57,054 bases of DNA from Candidatus Spyradocola sp. (GTDB taxonomy: Bacteria > Bacillota > Clostridia > Christensenellales > UBA1750). Under the pieces are notes generated by a model. It did no database searches and was not told the DNA's origin. It worked only from the letters and a program-made list of their open reading frames with translations. Below are positions 9,563-19,019 of the stretch, in pieces. Position 1 is the stretch's first letter. Each line of letters opens with the position of its first letter. The stretch lies in assembly GCA_034113365.1 (NCBI GenBank), contig JAXEXP010000083.1, positions 1-57,054 of the forward strand, written 5' to 3'. A program made the translations under genes and the position numbers.

Positions 9563-10570
9563 TCAGGCCATCGTCTCCAGCATAGCGGGCGTCACTTCGT
9601 AGCGCGGCGCTTCGCCCGAGAGTATGCGCGCACACTCGTCGGCCATGTATGCGCCCATACGCGCCACCTCCCGGCCCATCGAGCCCGCGATGTGCGGCGT
9701 GAGGAACACGTTGGGCAGGCGCAGAAGCGGACTGTCCGCATCGGGCGGCTCGGGGAAGGTGACGTCCAGCAGCGCGGTGCGGTCGGGGCATTCCTCCATT
9801 GCGCGGGCGAGGGCGGCCTCGTCCACCTGCGCGCCGCGTCCCGTGTTGATGAACGTGGCGTTGGGCAGCATGGATCGCAGCAATTTCTCGTCGATCATGC
9901 CCACGGTGGAGGGCAGGTTGGCCACATGGTTGGAGATGATCTGGCAGGTCGAGAAGATCTCCTCCAGCGTGGCACGGCGCGCGCCCAGCGCAGCAAGCGT
10001 CTCGTCGGACACGAAGGGATCGTAGATCAGCACCTCGTATTCATAGGCGCGCAGGCGCTCGGCGACCATGCGGCCGATCATACCGGCGCCCAGCAGGCCC
10101 ACGCGGATGCGGTAATTGCAGGGCTGCGATGCAACGAATCGCTTTGCATCATCGCGGTCGTGGTCGCGGTAGCGGCGCATGGCCTGGAAGCACCCCTTGC
10201 CCGACAGCACGATCTGCGAGACAGTGTACTCGGCCACGGGCACCGCGTTTGCCGCCCATGCAGAGATCACGCGCACGCCGCGCGCCAGGAAGGGGCGCGC
10301 AAAGGCCTGCACCGAGCCCGCGCCGTAGAACAGGACCTGCAGGTTGGGGAAGATCTCCGCGATGCGCTGCTGCGTCAGCGCCGGCATGCCCCAGGTGGAC
10401 AGCAGCACGCGCACGTCCTTGACCTCTTCTGCCCGCGCCGCGAGCGTCTCCTCCGTCAGCACGCCGGGCAGCAGGTCGAGCAGTTCATTCAGCCGCTGCC
10501 GCACACTTTCCGGGTAGACCCGGTCGATCAGTTCCGGTGAATTGGTGATGAACGCCGCGCGCATGCGCAT
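9563..10570 (-). CDS. D-isomer-specific 2-hydroxyacid dehydrogenase
   Basis: GLLGAGMIG, FINTGRG, LDVTFPEP, LTPHIAG. Confidence 0.9.
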   Translation of the reverse strand: MRMRAAFITNSPELIDRVYPESVRQRLNELLDLLPGVLTEETLAARAEEVKDVRVLLSTWGMPALTQQRIAEIFPNLQVLFYGAGSVQAFARPFLARGVRVISAWAANAVPVAEYTVSQIVLSGKGCFQAMRRYRDHDRDDAKRFVASQPCNYRIRVGLLGAGMIGRMVAERLRAYEYEVLIYDPFVSDETLAALGARRATLEEIFSTCQIISNHVANLPSTVGMIDEKLLRSMLPNATFINTGRGAQVDEAALARAMEECPDRTALLDVTFPEPPDADSPLLRLPNVFLTPHIAGSMGREVARMGAYMADECARILSGEAPRYEVTPAMLETMA

Positions 10571-10799
10571 GCAGACTCCTCCTTTATTCGTGTGATTTGC
10601 ATATTCTCATTGTAGCAGAACGCACGCCGGATGAACAGCCCTCATCTGCAATAAAATCGGCAAAACCTGCACAGGACGGTACCGTCGTTTTTGGCATGGA
10701 GCGCAGATTCCGCATAGTTTTTGCGTGATTTGTGCGACCGCGCGGCGGGGAAATGTCGTATGCTGGATCTATCGAAACGCTATGACAGGAGGAATGTGC

Positions 10800-12107
10800 A
10801 TGTTCACCTGCAAGACACTGGAGGAGCTTCGTCAGGCGGCGGAGCGCGCCGGGGTGCAGCTGCCCCTTTCCGACGGGTATGACGCGCTGCGTCGCCCGCT
10901 GACCGTTGCCGGGCGCGTGCTGCCCAACCGCATCGCCATCCAACCCATGGAGGGCTGCGACAGCGAATCAGACGGCACACCGGGCGAGCTGACGCTGCGC
11001 CGCTATGATCGGTTTGCGCGCAGCGGTGCGGCGCTGATCTGGTTTGAGGCGTGCGCCGTGCGGCGCGAGGGGCGCGCCAATCCGCGGCAGTCCTTCCTGA
11101 CGCCCGGCAATCTGGACGACTTTCGCCGCCTGACCGAGCGCATTCGGCAGACGGCGGTGCAGGCGGGGCACGAGCCGCCGCTGCTCATCCTGCAGGCGAC
11201 GCACTCGGGGCGGTATTCCAAGCCCGACGGCGCACCCGCGCCCATCATCGCCTACAACAACCCGCTCTTTGAAAAGGACGGCCCTCTACCCGCCTCCTGC
11301 ATCATCTCCGACGACGAGCTGTTCCGTTTGGAGGACGACTTTGCGCACACGGCGCAGCTTGCGCAGGCTGCGGGCTTTGACGGCGTGGACGTCAAGTGCT
11401 GCCACCGCTATCTGGCCAGCGAACTGCTCTCGGCGCACACCCGGCCGGGCGCGTTCGGCGGCAGCTTTGAGAACCGCACGCGGCTGCTGCGCGAGAGTTA
11501 CGGCAAGGCAAAGGCCGCTGTCACGGGGGATTTCCTCGTCACCTCGCGCCTGAACGTGTACGACGGCTTCCCCTACCCCTACGGCTTTGGCGTGCGGGAC
11601 GACGGCAGCCTGGAGCCCGATCTGACCGAGCCCATCCGGCTGGTGGGCGCGCTGCGGGAGATGGGGCTGCAGCTGCTGGACGTGACCATCGGCAACCCGT
11701 ATGTCAACCCGCACGTCAACCGCCCTGCCGACTGGCAGCCCTATCCCCTGCCCGAGGAGCCGCTGAAGGGGCTTGCACGCATGATGGACTGCGTGGGCGG
11801 CATCAAGCGCGCCTTCCCTGGGCTCGCGGTGATCGGCTCGGCGTTCTCGTATCCGCGCGCGTTTGCGGGGAATCTTGCTGCGGGCGCGGTGAAGGCAGGC
11901 GTGTGCGATCTGGCGGGCTTTGGGCGGATGGCGTTCGCCTACCCAGAGTTTGCGGAGGATCTGCTGTCCGGGCGCGGTCTGGACATGAAGAAGTGCTGCG
12001 TCGCCTGCGGCAAGTGCTCGCAGCTGATGCGCCTGGGCGGTATGGCGGGCTGCGCGGTGCGCGATCCCTACTACACCAAGCTGTACAAGGAGCTGACTGC
12101 AAAATGA
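10800..12107 (+). CDS. NADH:flavin oxidoreductase (OYE-like TIM barrel) with C-terminal Cys cluster
   Basis: LPNRIAIQPMEG, GFDGVDVKCCHRYL, FGGSFENRTR, CVACGKC...C. Confidence 0.88.
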   Translation: MFTCKTLEELRQAAERAGVQLPLSDGYDALRRPLTVAGRVLPNRIAIQPMEGCDSESDGTPGELTLRRYDRFARSGAALIWFEACAVRREGRANPRQSFLTPGNLDDFRRLTERIRQTAVQAGHEPPLLILQATHSGRYSKPDGAPAPIIAYNNPLFEKDGPLPASCIISDDELFRLEDDFAHTAQLAQAAGFDGVDVKCCHRYLASELLSAHTRPGAFGGSFENRTRLLRESYGKAKAAVTGDFLVTSRLNVYDGFPYPYGFGVRDDGSLEPDLTEPIRLVGALREMGLQLLDVTIGNPYVNPHVNRPADWQPYPLPEEPLKGLARMMDCVGGIKRAFPGLAVIGSAFSYPRAFAGNLAAGAVKAGVCDLAGFGRMAFAYPEFAEDLLSGRGLDMKKCCVACGKCSQLMRLGGMAGCAVRDPYYTKLYKELTAK

Positions 12108-12901
12108 ATGTCATTTCGGGCAAGGGACACAATGCGCTGGTGACGGGCGCGCGGCGCGGCATCGGGCTGGGCATCGCAAAGGCGCTGCTGCGCGAGGGCT
12201 ACCGCGTGATGCTGTGCAGCGTGACGCGCGGGCCGGAGGCGGCAAAGGACATCGCGCCTGAGCTGGACGCGCTGGGCGACTGGCGGTACGTGCCCTGCGA
12301 CGTGTCGGACGAGGCGCAGCGCGCGGAGCTGTTTTCCGCGGTGCAGCGCGAGTTCTCCGGGCGGCTGGACGTGCTGGTCAACAACGCGGGCGTCGCGCCG
12401 CGCGTGCGGCTGGACGTGCTGGACACCACGGTGGAGAGCTACGAGCGCCTGATGCGCAACAACGCCGAGGGCTGCTTCTTCATGTGCCAGGCGGGCGCGC
12501 GGATGATGATTGCGGGGCAGCAGGCGGGCTTCCCCGATTACCGCCCGCGCATCGTCAACATCTCCTCCATCTCGGCCTACACCTCCTCCACCTCGCGCGG
12601 GGAATACTGCACCTCCAAGGCAGCCGTGTCCATGACGACGCAGCTGTTTGCCGACCGGCTGGCCGAGCACGGCATCCCGGTGTTCGAGGTGCGCCCCGGC
12701 ATCATCCTGACGGACATGACCGCGGGCGTGCGGGACAAATACGAGCATCTCGTGCATGAGGAGGGAATCACGCCCATCCGCCGCCTGGGCACGCCGGACG
12801 ACGTGGCCAATCAGGTGCTCGCCGCCTGCTCCGGCTTGCTGGACTTTGGCACCGGCACCGTGCTCAATGCCGACGCGGGCTTCCACCTGCGCCGCCTGTG
12901 A
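12104..12901 (+). CDS. short-chain dehydrogenase/reductase (3-ketoacyl-ACP reductase-like)
   Basis: TGARRGIG, VNNAG, YCTSK; ATGA overlap with the upstream gene. Confidence 0.92.
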   Translation: MNVISGKGHNALVTGARRGIGLGIAKALLREGYRVMLCSVTRGPEAAKDIAPELDALGDWRYVPCDVSDEAQRAELFSAVQREFSGRLDVLVNNAGVAPRVRLDVLDTTVESYERLMRNNAEGCFFMCQAGARMMIAGQQAGFPDYRPRIVNISSISAYTSSTSRGEYCTSKAAVSMTTQLFADRLAEHGIPVFEVRPGIILTDMTAGVRDKYEHLVHEEGITPIRRLGTPDDVANQVLAACSGLLDFGTGTVLNADAGFHLRRL

Positions 12902-12968
12902 GCGCCCAAGTCCGGCAGACCTTCCTTGCCGCCCCAGGAGGAGCCCGGCGTCCGTCGAGGACGCCATA

Positions 12969-13013
12969 GACCCTCCCGCCCCTCCCCCCTTGTGGGGGAG
13001 GGGCGGGAGGGTC
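12969..13013. repeat. perfect 20-bp GC-rich hairpin
   Basis: GACCCTCCCGCCCCTCCCCC-CTTGT-GGGGGAGGGGCGGGAGGGTC. Confidence 0.7.
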
Positions 13014-13038
13014 ATCTTTCCCCCGGCCGCCGGCGGGC

Positions 13039-13077
13039 AAAAAAGAGACGTCCCGCAGGACGTCTCTTCCTTTTTTC
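13039..13077. terminator. bidirectional intrinsic terminator
   Basis: A-run, AGAGACGTCC-CGCA-GGACGTCTCT, T-run between convergent genes. Confidence 0.75.
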
Positions 13078-13083
13078 GCGTAT

Positions 13084-13752
13084 TTACTTCAGCTTCGGAG
13101 GCAGCAGGGACTTGTTCAGCTCCTCGTCCTTGTCGCAGTCCATCACGAACACCTTGGTGCCGGCCAGGCAGTTCTCGAACATCCACTTGATGTCCTCGTC
13201 GAGCATGCGGATGCAGCCGTGGGAAGCGGGCGTGCCCAGCTTGCGGTAGGAGGTGCGGCTCATGGTCGAGACGTCGGGCTTGCTGTAGAGCAGCGAGTGG
13301 AAGAAGTAGTTGCCCTTGATGTGCACCGCGTAGCGCACATAGGTGTTGTAGGTCTTGAACAGTCTCCACTCCTTGCGCTCGGCATCCGACAGCGTGAACT
13401 CGCCCTTGGGCGTGGGGTTCCTCTTGGTGCCGGTGGAGCAGATGAACTGATGCTCGATCTGATCGTAGTGACCGGAGGAGGACTCGCTCAGGATCGTGAT
13501 GACCTGATTGGTGCGGTCGACCTTGATGACGTAGGGCATGTTGTAGGTGTACCAGTCGGCGACGTAGATGCCGTCGGTGGAACCGGTGCTCTGCTCCACC
13601 TTCTCAGGCGTTTCGGCCTTTCCGGTGTAGGTGGGTTCCTGCGCGCGGGGCGCCTCGTCGTAATCGGGATAATAGGTCACCGCCAGCGCGCTGGCCGGGA
13701 AGCACACCATCACCAGTGCGAGAACGAGCAGCGAAGAAATCAGTTTTTTCAT
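13084..13752 (-). CDS. L,D-transpeptidase (YkuD) with signal peptide
   Basis: CSTG...TPKG, FFHS, LGTPASHGCIRM; MKKLISSLLVLALV...ASA signal. Confidence 0.9.
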   Translation of the reverse strand: MKKLISSLLVLALVMVCFPASALAVTYYPDYDEAPRAQEPTYTGKAETPEKVEQSTGSTDGIYVADWYTYNMPYVIKVDRTNQVITILSESSSGHYDQIEHQFICSTGTKRNPTPKGEFTLSDAERKEWRLFKTYNTYVRYAVHIKGNYFFHSLLYSKPDVSTMSRTSYRKLGTPASHGCIRMLDEDIKWMFENCLAGTKVFVMDCDKDEELNKSLLPPKLK

Positions 13753-13914
13753 TTCAGTGATCACACCTCCAAAGTCTGTTGGAAATATTATGACATATTT
13801 GTTACGATTTGACTAGCCCCCAATTTGCTTTTTTGCGTTCAATTTTATCGCTTGACAAGCAGGGGCGCGCCTGCTAGCATGGAGGCGTGAGTATTCCAGC
13901 AAACAGAAACGGAG

Positions 13915-15120
13915 ATGAAAACCATGCAGGCACGCAGGCTGCGCACGCCCGAGGAATACGTGGAGGCCGTCAAGATCTCCACCATCGCCTTTGTGGGCAA
14001 GTGCGACCCCGAAAAAGTCCGCGCGGGCGTTGAGGAGGAGATGCGCAGAAACGACGGCTCTGCCGAGTTCTGGGGCGCGTTCGGCGACGACGGCGCCATG
14101 ACCTCCCACATGATCAACAACATCTATCACATACTCTACGACGGGCGCATCGTGCTATGCGGCGGCGTGGGCAACGTCTCCTCGCTGCCCGAATACCGCA
14201 GGCAGGGCGGCATCCGCAGCATTTTCCGCGAAAAGTTCGCCGACATGCGCCAGCGCGGCTTCGTATTCTCGGCGCTGTATCCCTTTTCGCACGAGTATTA
14301 CCGCAAGTTCGGCTATGAGTTCTGCCATGCGCCGCTGCGCCAGCGGGTGGAGGTGAAGGATCTTTCCATCTTCCCCTGCCCGTATCAGGTGCGGCTGCAC
14401 CAGTGGGGCGAGAGCATCCAGCCCTTCAAGGACGTCTACCAGAAGTTCATACTGGGGCGCAACATGGCCATCGTCCGCTCCGAGCGGCAGTGGGACTGGA
14501 TCGAGGGCGATCCGTACAAGGACAACGCATACCGCTACCTGCTCTCGGATGAGAGCGGCGCGCACGCCTATGTGATGTTCAAGCCCGAGGGCGGCGGCGA
14601 CACGCGCAAGGCCGTGATCCGCGACATGGCATGGGACAGCCGCGAGGCGCTCTACGGGCTGCTGGGCTTCCTCTACCGGCTCAGCGCGCAGTACGCCTAC
14701 GTCGAGGGCGTGTTCCCCGCCGAGGTGGACTTCCGCACGCTGATCCCCGAGCCCTACCGCGTCGAGCAGAAGGTGGATACCCACGGCATGTACCGCGTGG
14801 TGGACGTGCCCAAGGCGCTGACGCTGATGCGCCATCCGCAGGGCAGCGGCAGCTACACCATCGCGGTGCGCGATGCGTTTATCGAGGAGAACAGCGGGAC
14901 GTATGCCGTCAGCTACGCGGACGGGAGCGCCGTTTCCGTCGAGCGCACCGGCGCGCCGGCCGACCTGACCTGCGACGTGACGACGCTGGCGCAGCTGGTG
15001 CTGGGCTACGCGCCGCTGTCCACGCTGCGCCTGCGGCCCGACGTGGTGGTTTCGGGCAACGAGGAGACGCTCAAGGCCGTGTTCGTCAAGAAGAACTGCT
15101 ACTTTGCCGATTACTTCTAA
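13915..15120 (+). CDS. Eis-like GNAT acetyltransferase with SCP2-like C-terminus
   Basis: VSSLPEYRRQG, ALYPFSHEYYRKFGY, C-terminal ADYF. Confidence 0.88.
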   Translation: MKTMQARRLRTPEEYVEAVKISTIAFVGKCDPEKVRAGVEEEMRRNDGSAEFWGAFGDDGAMTSHMINNIYHILYDGRIVLCGGVGNVSSLPEYRRQGGIRSIFREKFADMRQRGFVFSALYPFSHEYYRKFGYEFCHAPLRQRVEVKDLSIFPCPYQVRLHQWGESIQPFKDVYQKFILGRNMAIVRSERQWDWIEGDPYKDNAYRYLLSDESGAHAYVMFKPEGGGDTRKAVIRDMAWDSREALYGLLGFLYRLSAQYAYVEGVFPAEVDFRTLIPEPYRVEQKVDTHGMYRVVDVPKALTLMRHPQGSGSYTIAVRDAFIEENSGTYAVSYADGSAVSVERTGAPADLTCDVTTLAQLVLGYAPLSTLRLRPDVVVSGNEETLKAVFVKKNCYFADYF

Positions 15121-15135
15121 ACCCTGCGGACAGGC

Positions 15136-15192
15136 AAAAAAGAGCGGGCCGCCCTTCCCGGACAATCCGGGAGAAGGCAGCCCGCCTTTTTT
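15136..15192. terminator. bidirectional terminator
   Basis: AAAAAGAGCGGGC...CCCGG-ACAAT-CCGGG...GCCCGCCTTTTTT. Confidence 0.7.
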
Positions 15193-15200
15193 ATGCCTGC

Positions 15201-15704
15201 TTACGTGATCTGCGCGCGCTGCGCCAGCTTCCTGAGCAGGTACAGCAGCGGCTTGAACAGCGCCAGCGCCGCCAGGAAATTGCCCACACAGTGCGCGATG
15301 TCGAACATCAGGCCCGACACCCAGGAGGCGATCATCGCCTGCCAGCCCACGAAGAAGAAGTGCGACAGCTCGCACAGCGCGCCGAACGCGAGGCCGAACG
15401 CGCCGCTGAGGATCGCCCAGCCCAGCGTGGACTCCATTTTGCGGAAGCACCAGGTCAGCCCGGCCAGCACCGCCCAGATGTACAGATAGGTGATCCACCA
15501 GGTGGAAAAGCCGTAGAGCAGCCCCTCCAGCACCGCGAAGGCATAGATGACATACAATACCTTGGGGCCGAACACCAGCGTGTAGACGATGACCAGCAGC
15601 GACACCAGCTCGATATTGGGCAGGAAGGACAACGCCACCTGCGCCACGAACAGGATCGCCGTCATCAGGCCCAGGATCACCAGCTCGCGCACCTTGAGCT
15701 TCAT
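15201..15704 (-). CDS. ECF transporter S component (CbrT-like)
   Basis: QVALSFLPNIELVS, YGFSTWWITY, FDIAHCVGN; hydrophobic. Confidence 0.8.
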   Translation of the reverse strand: MKLKVRELVILGLMTAILFVAQVALSFLPNIELVSLLVIVYTLVFGPKVLYVIYAFAVLEGLLYGFSTWWITYLYIWAVLAGLTWCFRKMESTLGWAILSGAFGLAFGALCELSHFFFVGWQAMIASWVSGLMFDIAHCVGNFLAALALFKPLLYLLRKLAQRAQIT

Positions 15705-15710
15705 CGCGGT

Positions 15711-16118
15711 TTACCAGCCGGTGGTCAGCGTCAGCTCAAAGGCGTCGCCGTCGTAGATGGGGGTGGTGTCAACGCCGGTGTTGAGCATCTCGCCGCCCTT
15801 GGTCACGCACCACCACTCCTGCGCGGAGTCGTCGGCGGTGTAGCCGTCCACGGTGGTGATGAACAGGCCGTACTCGCTGTCAGAGCCCTGGACCAGGTCC
15901 ACCTGCTCCAGCGCGCCGCGCAGCATCTCTTCATCGGTATCGATCTCCACCACTCGCTCGGTCGCGTCCTTGTGCACGACGGTGACGGTGATGTGCTTGG
16001 CGCCCGCAGCGGTGTCGGGACGGGTGGCAAAGTAGACGCCGGCAAAGATCGCGACGACCGCAACCAGCGCGACCAGCGCCCAGATGAGGTTTTTCTTCTT
16101 GGTAGACTTGTTGGTCAT
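15711..16118 (-). CDS. DUF4430-domain membrane-anchored protein
   Basis: N-terminal TM; YGLFITTVDG, WWCVTKGGEMLNTGVD. Confidence 0.8.
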   Translation of the reverse strand: MTNKSTKKKNLIWALVALVAVVAIFAGVYFATRPDTAAGAKHITVTVVHKDATERVVEIDTDEEMLRGALEQVDLVQGSDSEYGLFITTVDGYTADDSAQEWWCVTKGGEMLNTGVDTTPIYDGDAFELTLTTGW

Positions 16119-16152
16119 GAAAATAACACTCCTTGTTCTGAATTGTGAACCC

Positions 16153-16181
16153 ATGATACCGTACAAACTACGTTTTGTCAA
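16153..16181 (-). promoter_or_regulatory. sigma-A promoter of DUF4430-ECF S operon
   Basis: TTGACA-17 bp-TATCAT on the minus strand. Confidence 0.75.
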
Positions 16182-16299
16182 TCGCAGCGCATGACAAATG
16201 TTCCATATTGTGAAATCTTATGGAATATTTCAAAATCCATATAGGCATTTGCGGGAGTTTGTAGTATAATGTAGAAAAACTAAATAAGGATGATGGATC

Positions 16300-17241
16300 A
16301 TGCGTAGAAATGCGATTTATATAGTAACTCTGCTGTTGCTGACCACGGTGCTGCTGTCGGGCTGCACGCCCCCTCATGCCAACGCGCAGGGCGTGCCCAG
16401 CGGGGACATGGTGATCCTGGAAAACGGCGACGGCCACGCGGCGCACCAGGAGCAGATCGTAGTGACGCTCAAGCCCGCGCCCACGCCGGAAGCCACGCCG
16501 ACGCCTGTGCCCACGGCGACCCCGGCTCCCACCCCCGCCCCCACGCCGGAGCTCACGCCCGAGGCGACGGAAGCGCCCGAAGCGGCGGGCCCGTCCAACC
16601 CGGCGGAGCAGATCCCCGCGGTGGAGGGCAAGATTTGCTACCTGACGTTTGACGACGGTCCGTCGAAGAACACCGAGGCGATCCTCGATGTGCTGGAGGA
16701 CAAGGGCGTTGTGGCGACGTTCTTTGTGATCGGCGAGAACGCGCAGAGCCATCCCGAGCGCATTCAGGCCATTGCGGCGCAGGGCTCGCTGGTGGCCAAC
16801 CACACCCAGACCCACCAGACCGACACCATCTACAAGAGCGAAGAGGCGCTGCTGAAGGACCTTGAAGCGGGGCGCCAGACCATACTCTCGGTCCTGGGAC
16901 AGGATTACCCCGACGACCTGATGCGCTTCCCCTACGGCTCCACCAACCGCCGCTGCCGCGACTACCGCGAGGCGGTGGAGGCTGCGGGCTACCGCTACTT
17001 TGACTGGAACGCGCTCAACGGCGACGCCGAGTCCAACGCCTCCAGCCGCACGACGCAGCAGCTCTATGAGGAGCTGGTGGAGACCGTGAACGTGCAGGCC
17101 GAGCGCGGCCGCAACCTGATCGTGCTGATGCACGACACCAACAGCAAGGGAAAGACCGTGGAGATGCTGCCCGACGCCATCGACTACATCCGCAGCCTGG
17201 GCTACACCTTCGCGACGCTGGAAAACAAACCCATGGAGTGA
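16300..17241 (+). CDS. polysaccharide deacetylase (CE4) lipoprotein with Pro/Thr/Ala linker
   Basis: LLSGC lipobox; LTFDDGP, NHTQTH, RFPYG, LMHD. Confidence 0.9.
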   Translation: MRRNAIYIVTLLLLTTVLLSGCTPPHANAQGVPSGDMVILENGDGHAAHQEQIVVTLKPAPTPEATPTPVPTATPAPTPAPTPELTPEATEAPEAAGPSNPAEQIPAVEGKICYLTFDDGPSKNTEAILDVLEDKGVVATFFVIGENAQSHPERIQAIAAQGSLVANHTQTHQTDTIYKSEEALLKDLEAGRQTILSVLGQDYPDDLMRFPYGSTNRRCRDYREAVEAAGYRYFDWNALNGDAESNASSRTTQQLYEELVETVNVQAERGRNLIVLMHDTNSKGKTVEMLPDAIDYIRSLGYTFATLENKPME

Positions 17242-17248
17242 TCGCATC

Positions 17249-18112
17249 ATGTGGATCGTATACGCTCTCGCCTCTGCAGTGTTTGCAGGGGCGACTTCTA
17301 TTTTGGCAAAGGTGGGCATCCGCGACTGCGACTCGCACGTGGTCACGGCGCTGCGCACCGGCGTGGTGCTAGTGTTTTCGTGGCTGATGGTGCTGATCAC
17401 CGGCGCGCAGGCGGGGCTTACGGAGCTTACGGGGCGCACGGTGCTGTTCCTGACGCTGTCGGGACTGGCGACGGGCGCGAGCTGGCTGTGCTACTTCAAG
17501 GCGCTGCAGCTGGGGCCGGTGGCGGCGGTGGCGGCGGTGGACAAGTCCTCCACGGTGCTGACCATCCTGCTGGCGGCGCTGCTGCTGACCGAGGGATTGA
17601 CGCTGTGGAAGGGCGCTGCGGTGGTGCTGATCGCGGCGGGCACGCTGCTGATGCTGGACCTGAAGCCCGCAAAGGGCGCGGAGAGCAAGGGCGGGCGCGG
17701 ATGGCTGGTGTGCGCGGCGCTGTCGGCGGTATTTGCCGCGCTGACGAGCATACTGGCCAAGCTGGGCCTGCAGGACGTCAACAGCAACCTGGCCACGGCG
17801 CTGCGCACGGGCGTGGTGCTTGTGATGGCATGGAGCATGGTGTTTGTGACGGGCAAGGCAAAGATGGTGCGGCATGTGCGCGGGCGCAGCCTGCTGTTCA
17901 CCGTGCTGTCGGGCATCGCGACGGGCGCGAGCTGGCTATGCTACTACAAGGCGCTGCAGATGGGGCCCGCGTCGGCGGTGGCGCCCATAGACAAGCTGAG
18001 CATACTGATCACGGTGGCGTTCGCGCGGGTGTTCCTCGGGGAAAAGCTGTCGCGCAAGGCGCTTGCGGGGCTCGCGGTGCTGACGGTGGGCACGCTGCTG
18101 ACGCTGCTGTGA
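17249..18112 (+). CDS. EamA/DMT family transporter
   Basis: two internal repeats (ATGASWLCY[F/Y]KALQ), ~10 TM. Confidence 0.9.
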   Translation: MWIVYALASAVFAGATSILAKVGIRDCDSHVVTALRTGVVLVFSWLMVLITGAQAGLTELTGRTVLFLTLSGLATGASWLCYFKALQLGPVAAVAAVDKSSTVLTILLAALLLTEGLTLWKGAAVVLIAAGTLLMLDLKPAKGAESKGGRGWLVCAALSAVFAALTSILAKLGLQDVNSNLATALRTGVVLVMAWSMVFVTGKAKMVRHVRGRSLLFTVLSGIATGASWLCYYKALQMGPASAVAPIDKLSILITVAFARVFLGEKLSRKALAGLAVLTVGTLLTLL

Positions 18113-18129
18113 CGAGCGGAATGTTTTTT

Positions 18130-18213
18130 GGTGCGCTGGGGGATGGCTGGTGCGTGACGGACACCTCATCAGTCGCCTGCGGCGACAGCTTCCCCTCAAG
18201 GGGAAGCCAAAGG
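18130..18213 (+). repeat. REP-like family A unit (core 18160-18208)
   Basis: GACACCTCATCAGTCGCCTGCGGCGACAGCTTCCCCTCAAGGGGAAGCC, two hairpins. Confidence 0.9.
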
Positions 18214-18272
18214 ATGGTCTGCGTTATGCGATCAGGAGGTATCCTTTGGATAGGATTGTATAGGAGACATTT

Positions 18273-18962
18273 ATGGCTGAAATCGTTCCCATGAAGATCA
18301 TCGCGCGCATCCGCAGCGATTTTTCTGAGAAATTCGGCATTCCGCGGCAGAGCGGACTGGTGGACGCGCTGCGGGCGCGCATCGTGTTTGAGCCGGAATA
18401 CCGGAACGCCGACGCGCTGCGGGGGCTGGAGGGGTTCTCGCACATCTGGCTGCTGTGGCAGTTTTCCCGGGCACAGCGGGAGGACTGGTCGCCCACGGTG
18501 CGGCCGCCGCGGCTGGGCGGCAATGCGCGCATGGGCGTGTTTGCGACGCGGTCGCCGTATCGGCCCAACGCCATCGGACTTTCCTGCGTCCGGCTGGTGT
18601 CGGTGGATGTGGACGCGGAGGACGGTCCGGCGCTGACGGTGGCGGGGGCCGATCTGTTGGACGGCAGCCCGATCTTTGACATCAAGCCCTACCTGCCCTA
18701 TGCCGACGCGCACCCCGAGGCGGCGGGCGGTTTTGCGCCCTCCCCCGCCGCGACGCTGCGCGTGGCGTTCCCCGAGGCGCTGCTGGAGCGGCTGCCCGAG
18801 GACAAGCGCGGGGCGGTGCTGGACGTGCTGGCGCAGGACCCGCGGCCGGGCTATCAGCACGAGCCGGGGCGCATCTACGGCATGGCGTTTGCGGGGCACG
18901 ACGTCAAGTTCACGGTGTCGGGAGACATATTGACGGTGACGGACGTGCTGAAGTTGGAATGA
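18273..18962 (+). CDS. tsaA: tRNA (t6A37-N6)-methyltransferase TrmO/TsaA
   Basis: KFGIPRQ, GVFATRSPYRPNAIGLS, GSPIFDIKPY, QDPRP. Confidence 0.93.
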   Translation: MAEIVPMKIIARIRSDFSEKFGIPRQSGLVDALRARIVFEPEYRNADALRGLEGFSHIWLLWQFSRAQREDWSPTVRPPRLGGNARMGVFATRSPYRPNAIGLSCVRLVSVDVDAEDGPALTVAGADLLDGSPIFDIKPYLPYADAHPEAAGGFAPSPAATLRVAFPEALLERLPEDKRGAVLDVLAQDPRPGYQHEPGRIYGMAFAGHDVKFTVSGDILTVTDVLKLE

Positions 18963-18967
18963 GTACA

Positions 18968-19018
18968 GAAAAAACATGCGGACCTGAGCGGTTTTGTGGC
19001 TCGGTTCGCATGTTTTTT
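18968..19018. terminator. bidirectional terminator
   Basis: AAAAAACATGCGGACC...GGTTCGCATGTTTTTTT between convergent genes. Confidence 0.75.
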
Positions 19019-19019
19019 A

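Noticed and set aside
16119-16299. Cobalamin riboswitch upstream of DUF4430/ECF S
   Set aside because: Region is AT-rich, has no B12-box, and the promoter is adjacent to the gene.
16470-16590. Tandem DNA repeat in the deacetylase gene
   Set aside because: Ordinary Pro/Thr/Ala linker coding.
18145-18208. Hammerhead ribozyme in the reverse strand of REP A (CTGATGAG followed by a GGTG/CACC stem)
   Set aside because: The required GAAA after stem II is missing in all copies checked (AGCC or CC follows).
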